Positions 60,018 to 64,000 of a DNA stretch of 64,000 bases are shown here, piece after piece (position 1 is the stretch's first letter; the number at the start of each line of letters is the position of its first letter). Position numbers and translations under genes: made by a program. The notes beneath the pieces were generated by a model. That model worked only from the letters and a program-made list of their open reading frames with translations, was not told the DNA's origin and ran no database searches. Source of the stretch: Promethearchaeota archaeon (GTDB lineage: Archaea; Asgardarchaeota; Lokiarchaeia; Sigyniarchaeales; SOKP01); NCBI GenBank assembly GCA_011364925.1, contig RDOA01000001.1:29997-93996 (forward strand), given 5' to 3'.

Positions 60018-60761
60018 ATGGTGAAAATAATGAGTAATAAAAATAAAACTAAAGTTAAACAGACAAGAAGTAGATCCCCCGAAAAGAAAGCTCAACAATT
60101 TGAACGGATAATCGATGCAGGAAAGCAACTTTTTCAGCAAAAAGGACGAGAAGGGTTTAGTTTAAGAGGTTTAGCAAAAATACTCAATATGAATCAAAAT
60201 AATGTTTACAATTATGTTGAAAGTAAACGAGAACTTTGGCTTTGTATTCGAAAAAAGTTTTACGAGCAATACAGGAATGAAAATAGAGTTATAATTAAAG
60301 ATCATCATGGATCTACCGTTGATTTATTAGTAGATTTATTTGATCACTTCTTTAAGTTTGCTGAAGAAGATTACGGAGCATTTGCGATGATGCATATTAT
60401 TCCATCACCTCCTTCAGATAAGGTAGGACCTTTTGAGAAGCAATACAAGCCATTCCATTTTCTTGATGGAACAACTAGAGTTATACAAAAAGCCATAGAC
60501 GAGGGTGAGATTAAAGAAAATAACGCAGCCTTACTCTCATTCTTCATATTCAGTTTAGTTTTAGGATCGACCATTGTAGAAAACGTAATGAGATCTATTG
60601 AGGAAAATAATGATAATATAGGCACAGAAGCAGAGGAAAAAATTCAATTTGGTACTCAACAGTTTACTAGCAAGGAATTTCGTAGATACGTACTACGTAA
60701 AATTCAATTAGGGTTAACAGATCCCAATCTTATCGTAGATGAATTAGATTACAAAAAATAA
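60018..60761 (+). CDS. TetR/AcrR family transcriptional regulator, copy 2
   Basis: RSPEKKAQQFE..., GFSLRGLAK.L.M...NVYNYVESKREL; paralog of 42926-43660. Confidence 0.9.
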   Translation: MVKIMSNKNKTKVKQTRSRSPEKKAQQFERIIDAGKQLFQQKGREGFSLRGLAKILNMNQNNVYNYVESKRELWLCIRKKFYEQYRNENRVIIKDHHGSTVDLLVDLFDHFFKFAEEDYGAFAMMHIIPSPPSDKVGPFEKQYKPFHFLDGTTRVIQKAIDEGEIKENNAALLSFFIFSLVLGSTIVENVMRSIEENNDNIGTEAEEKIQFGTQQFTSKEFRRYVLRKIQLGLTDPNLIVDELDYKK

Positions 60762-60819
60762 CTAAATAAAATTCAACATATTTTCTAAATTAATAAAAAA
60801 ATATAGGTGAAGTAGAAAA

Positions 60820-61572
60820 TTGGCAGAAAAGGAATTTGAGACTGTTTTATACGAAAGAAAGAAAAATGTAGGTTATATTACACTTAATCGCCCAGAAAAG
60901 CATAACGCTTTGAGTTATCAATTACTGGACGATATAGATGCTGTCTTTGATTATGCTGAGGCAGATACCCATGCAAAAGTAATAGTTTTAAAAGGAGCCG
61001 GTAAAAGTTTTTGTTCTGGCTTTGATCTCAAGCAATCTTATTATATAACACCTCCGGAAGGGGGATGGGAATATCAAAATTCCTATGATATTTTGAACAA
61101 GAAAATATACGCGAAATATCCAAGAATTTGGAATTTTCCTAGACCAACTATTGCTCAAGTTCATGGATATTGTACTGACGCAGGCTGCTATTTGCAATTA
61201 TTGTGTGACATTACGGTAGCTGCTGACGATGCCGTTTTAGGCCATCCTGCTCAACTATGGGGTGGATCACAGAGCTTACCATTATGGCAACTCTATTTAG
61301 GAGTTAAAAAAGCACGATATCTTCTTATGAGTGGAAGGAGAATTTCTGGAAAGGAAGCGGCAGAAATGGGACTTGTGAGTATTAGCGTGCCTCGAGAAAA
61401 TCTTGAAGCCGAAGTTGAGAAGTTAGCCGCGGAGATCGCTCAAGTACCCGCCGTAGGAGCTTTACACAATAAGATCGCTCTTAACACTGATCTTAAGATG
61501 AAAGGGATTGACGCTTTATTCGATTATTACGGTCAAATGAATCGATACTGGAGATTATTTCAGAAAAGGTAA
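60820..61572 (+). CDS. Crotonase-superfamily protein lacking the catalytic glutamates
   Basis: ITLNRPEKHNAL, FCSGFDL, PTIAQVHGYC; DAGCYL and GHPA in place of GGGxEL and GxPE. Confidence 0.85.
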   Translation: MAEKEFETVLYERKKNVGYITLNRPEKHNALSYQLLDDIDAVFDYAEADTHAKVIVLKGAGKSFCSGFDLKQSYYITPPEGGWEYQNSYDILNKKIYAKYPRIWNFPRPTIAQVHGYCTDAGCYLQLLCDITVAADDAVLGHPAQLWGGSQSLPLWQLYLGVKKARYLLMSGRRISGKEAAEMGLVSISVPRENLEAEVEKLAAEIAQVPAVGALHNKIALNTDLKMKGIDALFDYYGQMNRYWRLFQKR

Positions 61573-61598
61573 TAGTGGTCTCAAAAAAATAAAGAGAT

Positions 61599-62102
61599 TT
61601 AAAGTAAGGGAGACTCCTCTCTTGATGCTCGATTTCTAAAACCGATTGCAAACAAAACTCCAATTATTATCCCCATCATTGCGTACATTATTCCCGAGGA
61701 GATTAGAAAAACTAATAGGGTACTAATAAAATCAAATCCTCTCGGTAATAGATAAAAAATCCAGAAAAGGAGTGCGTTGAGTATTAAGGCAAAGATGGAG
61801 CCGGTAAATCCAACTATTACACCTAATTTAATATATTTTTGCGTTTCTTTCCTAGTTTTGAAGGTAAAATACTCTCCAATACAGGTTCCTGCTAACAAAT
61901 GGATATCTCCCCAAAAAAAGAAACCTGTAGGAAAAATAACAAACAAGACGCTAGTTATTAAAGTAATAATTAGAATTCCAAAAAAGGTATTTTTTTCCCC
62001 ACCTACTAATCCAATGACCACTCCTACTAATACAATGACCACACATACCAATCCAATGACCACACCTACTAATCCAAAGATAGTGTAAAACTCAGAAACC
62101 AT
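61599..62102 (-). CDS. Hypothetical membrane protein
   Basis: 167 aa, almost entirely hydrophobic Gly-rich helices. Confidence 0.7.
   Translation of the reverse strand: MVSEFYTIFGLVGVVIGLVCVVIVLVGVVIGLVGGEKNTFFGILIITLITSVLFVIFPTGFFFWGDIHLLAGTCIGEYFTFKTRKETQKYIKLGVIVGFTGSIFALILNALLFWIFYLLPRGFDFISTLLVFLISSGIMYAMMGIIIGVLFAIGFRNRASREESPLL
62002..62077. repeat. 21-nt coding tandem repeat, ~3.6 copies
   Basis: CCTACTAATCCAATGACCACT / CCTACTAATACAATGACCACA / CATACCAATCCAATGACCACA / CCTACTAATCCAA. Confidence 0.85.
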
Positions 62103-62227
62103 ATATTTCTCAATTCCTTCTTTAATTAATATGATAATAAATTTCCGTTCTAATAAAGAGTTTTTGATTACAGTTAAATTTTAAGAAAAACTAATTTAGC
62201 CAGCTGTTAATAGAGAGAGATGATTTT

Positions 62228-64000
62228 ATGGGAACTCCAGAAAATAATACCGTAAAAAAGGATTATAAAATCGTACGAACTGCTACTGCGTTTGATTGTG
62301 GGGGGAGATGCCCTCTACGATTTCACGTTAAAGAAGGAAAGGTCATTCGTATCGAAGGTGATGATTTTGAAGATAAAGACAATCAGCTTAGATCTTGTTT
62401 AAGATGTCGCGCTTTACGACAATATATATATCACCCGGATCGTTTAAAGTTTCCGCTAAAAAGGGACGGACCAAAAGGTTCGGGAAAATTTAAACGAATT
62501 TCATGGGACGAAGCCTTGTCTGAAATTGCTGGTAAACTTAAAGAAGTGAAGGAAAAATATGGAAACTCAAGCATTTTTCTAGCGATGGGTGGTGGATACC
62601 AAGCCGCGTTACACGACGGGATGTTCGCGATGATAAGATTGTTCACGCATTTTGGAGGATTCTCGACGCATTATGGCAACGTATCTTCTGAGGGTGCTGT
62701 GTACGCAACTCAAACGCAATATACATCTCCATTCGTTGGGCATAGTCGTCCAGATTTAAAAAATTCAAAACTCATCATTATGTGGGGTTGGGATCCTGCG
62801 AGAATGATCTCGGGTTCAGACACGATATATAACTTAATTCAAGCTAAAGAGATGGGCATAAGAATTGTTTGTATTGATCCAAGATATACGGACTCCGCAG
62901 TTGTGCTCGCGGATCAATGGATACCAATAATTCCAGGGACTGATACGGCGATGATGGTTGCTATGGCCTATGTTATGATTAAGGAAAACCTTTACGATCA
63001 AGCGTTTTTAGATAAATACACTATAGGATTTAATAAATTTGCTGAATATGTAATAGGAAAAGAAGATGGGATTCCTAAAACTCCAGAATGGGCAGAGGAA
63101 ATTACCTCAGTTCCTGCAGAAACGATAAGAGATCTTGCTCGAGAATACGCGACCGCCAAACCTGCGGCCCTTATGGATTGTCAAGGTCCCGCTCGAAGTG
63201 CTACTGGAGAATTATACAATCGATGTGCGATGACTTTAACTGCCATGACCGGAAACGTAGGAAGGCATGGTGGAAGCGCTGCTGGAGGATTAATGGGAAT
63301 TCCTTACGGACACATGTTTTTTGCCTCTCGAATTCCGCCTCCCTATCGGAATCCTGTTGAGACTGGTTTGAAGTCAGTTAGAGGTTCTTTGGATCTACAG
63401 CTAAGATTCCAAGCTAGATGTCATATTAACAAAATTTTCGATGCAATTCTAAAAGGAAAAGAGGGAGGATATCCCTTTGACGTTAAATTCGCTTGGTTTG
63501 TAAACAATAACTTCTTGAACCAGCTTGGAAACGCGAATAAAGCAGCTGAAGCGCTTAAAAAGCTGGATTATATGGTTTGTGCGGAATTGTGGCTTACTCC
63601 AACGGCAAGATACGCTGACATTATATTACCTGTTGCGAGCACCGCAGAAAAAACCGATTTTACTAGACCTTGGCCTTCCGGTCCATATTTCCTCGCAATA
63701 AATCAGGTAATAGAACCGTTAGGAGAGTGTAAGTCTGATTTAAGGATTGCTGAAGAATTGGCTGACAAGCTAGGGTTGGAAGAATTCGAAAAATACCAAG
63801 ATGAAGAGAAAGCATTAAAATTTTTAATCAAGTTGCGCGAAGACTCAAGAAAAAATATTAGAAATACGAAGGAATTTTGGGAAAAAGGAATCCATAGACT
63901 TGATATTGGGGAACCTTATGTAGCTTTCAAAGAACAAATTGAAGATATTGAAAACAAGCCTTTCGCTACACCATCTGGTAAAATCGAGATATTTTCTCAA
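62228..64000 (+). CDS. DmsA-like molybdopterin oxidoreductase catalytic subunit (3' end runs off the window)
   Basis: Translated by hand from the ATG at 62228: FDCGGRCPL, RSCLRC, HPDRLKFPLKR..KGSGKFKRISWDEA, IDPRYTDS, ADQWIPIIPGTD, TPTARYADIILP, TPSGKIEI; no Tat signal. Confidence 0.9.
   Translation, partial: MGTPENNTVKKDYKIVRTATAFDCGGRCPLRFHVKEGKVIRIEGDDFEDKDNQLRSCLRCRALRQYIYHPDRLKFPLKRDGPKGSGKFKRISWDEALSEIAGKLKEVKEKYGNSSIFLAMGGGYQAALHDGMFAMIRLFTHFGGFSTHYGNVSSEGAVYATQTQYTSPFVGHSRPDLKNSKLIIMWGWDPARMISGSDTIYNLIQAKEMGIRIVCIDPRYTDSAVVLADQWIPIIPGTDTAMMVAMAYVMIKENLYDQAFLDKYTIGFNKFAEYVIGKEDGIPKTPEWAEEITSVPAETIRDLAREYATAKPAALMDCQGPARSATGELYNRCAMTLTAMTGNVGRHGGSAAGGLMGIPYGHMFFASRIPPPYRNPVETGLKSVRGSLDLQLRFQARCHINKIFDAILKGKEGGYPFDVKFAWFVNNNFLNQLGNANKAAEALKKLDYMVCAELWLTPTARYADIILPVASTAEKTDFTRPWPSGPYFLAINQVIEPLGECKSDLRIAEELADKLGLEEFEKYQDEEKALKFLIKLREDSRKNIRNTKEFWEKGIHRLDIGEPYVAFKEQIEDIENKPFATPSGKIEIFSQ

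Overview
An AT-rich, gene-dense archaeal chromosomal window, most likely from an Asgard archaeon of the Lokiarchaeia. The basis is Cdc6/Orc1, a XerA-type recombinase, a tungsten AOR, and two substrate-binding proteins ending in an IPG[FY]-TM-basic Loki-CTERM-type tail. The first ~21 kb is mixed housekeeping: methyltransferase fusion, esterase, PiT/DUF47, purA, a soluble IFT52-like GIFT protein, tldD/pmbA, a class V PLP enzyme, DUF362, a steroid 5-alpha-reductase/DUF1295/SDR trio, cdc6, xerA with an upstream inverted repeat, and trxB. The remaining ~43 kb is a catabolic region with two glycyl radical enzymes, one activase, AOR, Fe-ADH, beta-oxidation enzymes, two TetR paralogs and a DmsA-like molybdoenzyme. 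It also holds two paralogous copies of an unusual Dpp/Opp-type ABC importer: both ATPases carry N-terminal membrane domains and a conserved small 4-TM gene leads each operon. This six-component transporter is the best candidate for an undescribed system. Shared operator-like motifs and two probable ATA/ATT start codons were also found. No rRNA, tRNA, CRISPR array or transposase was recognised. All family calls are from motif recognition by eye, not database searches.
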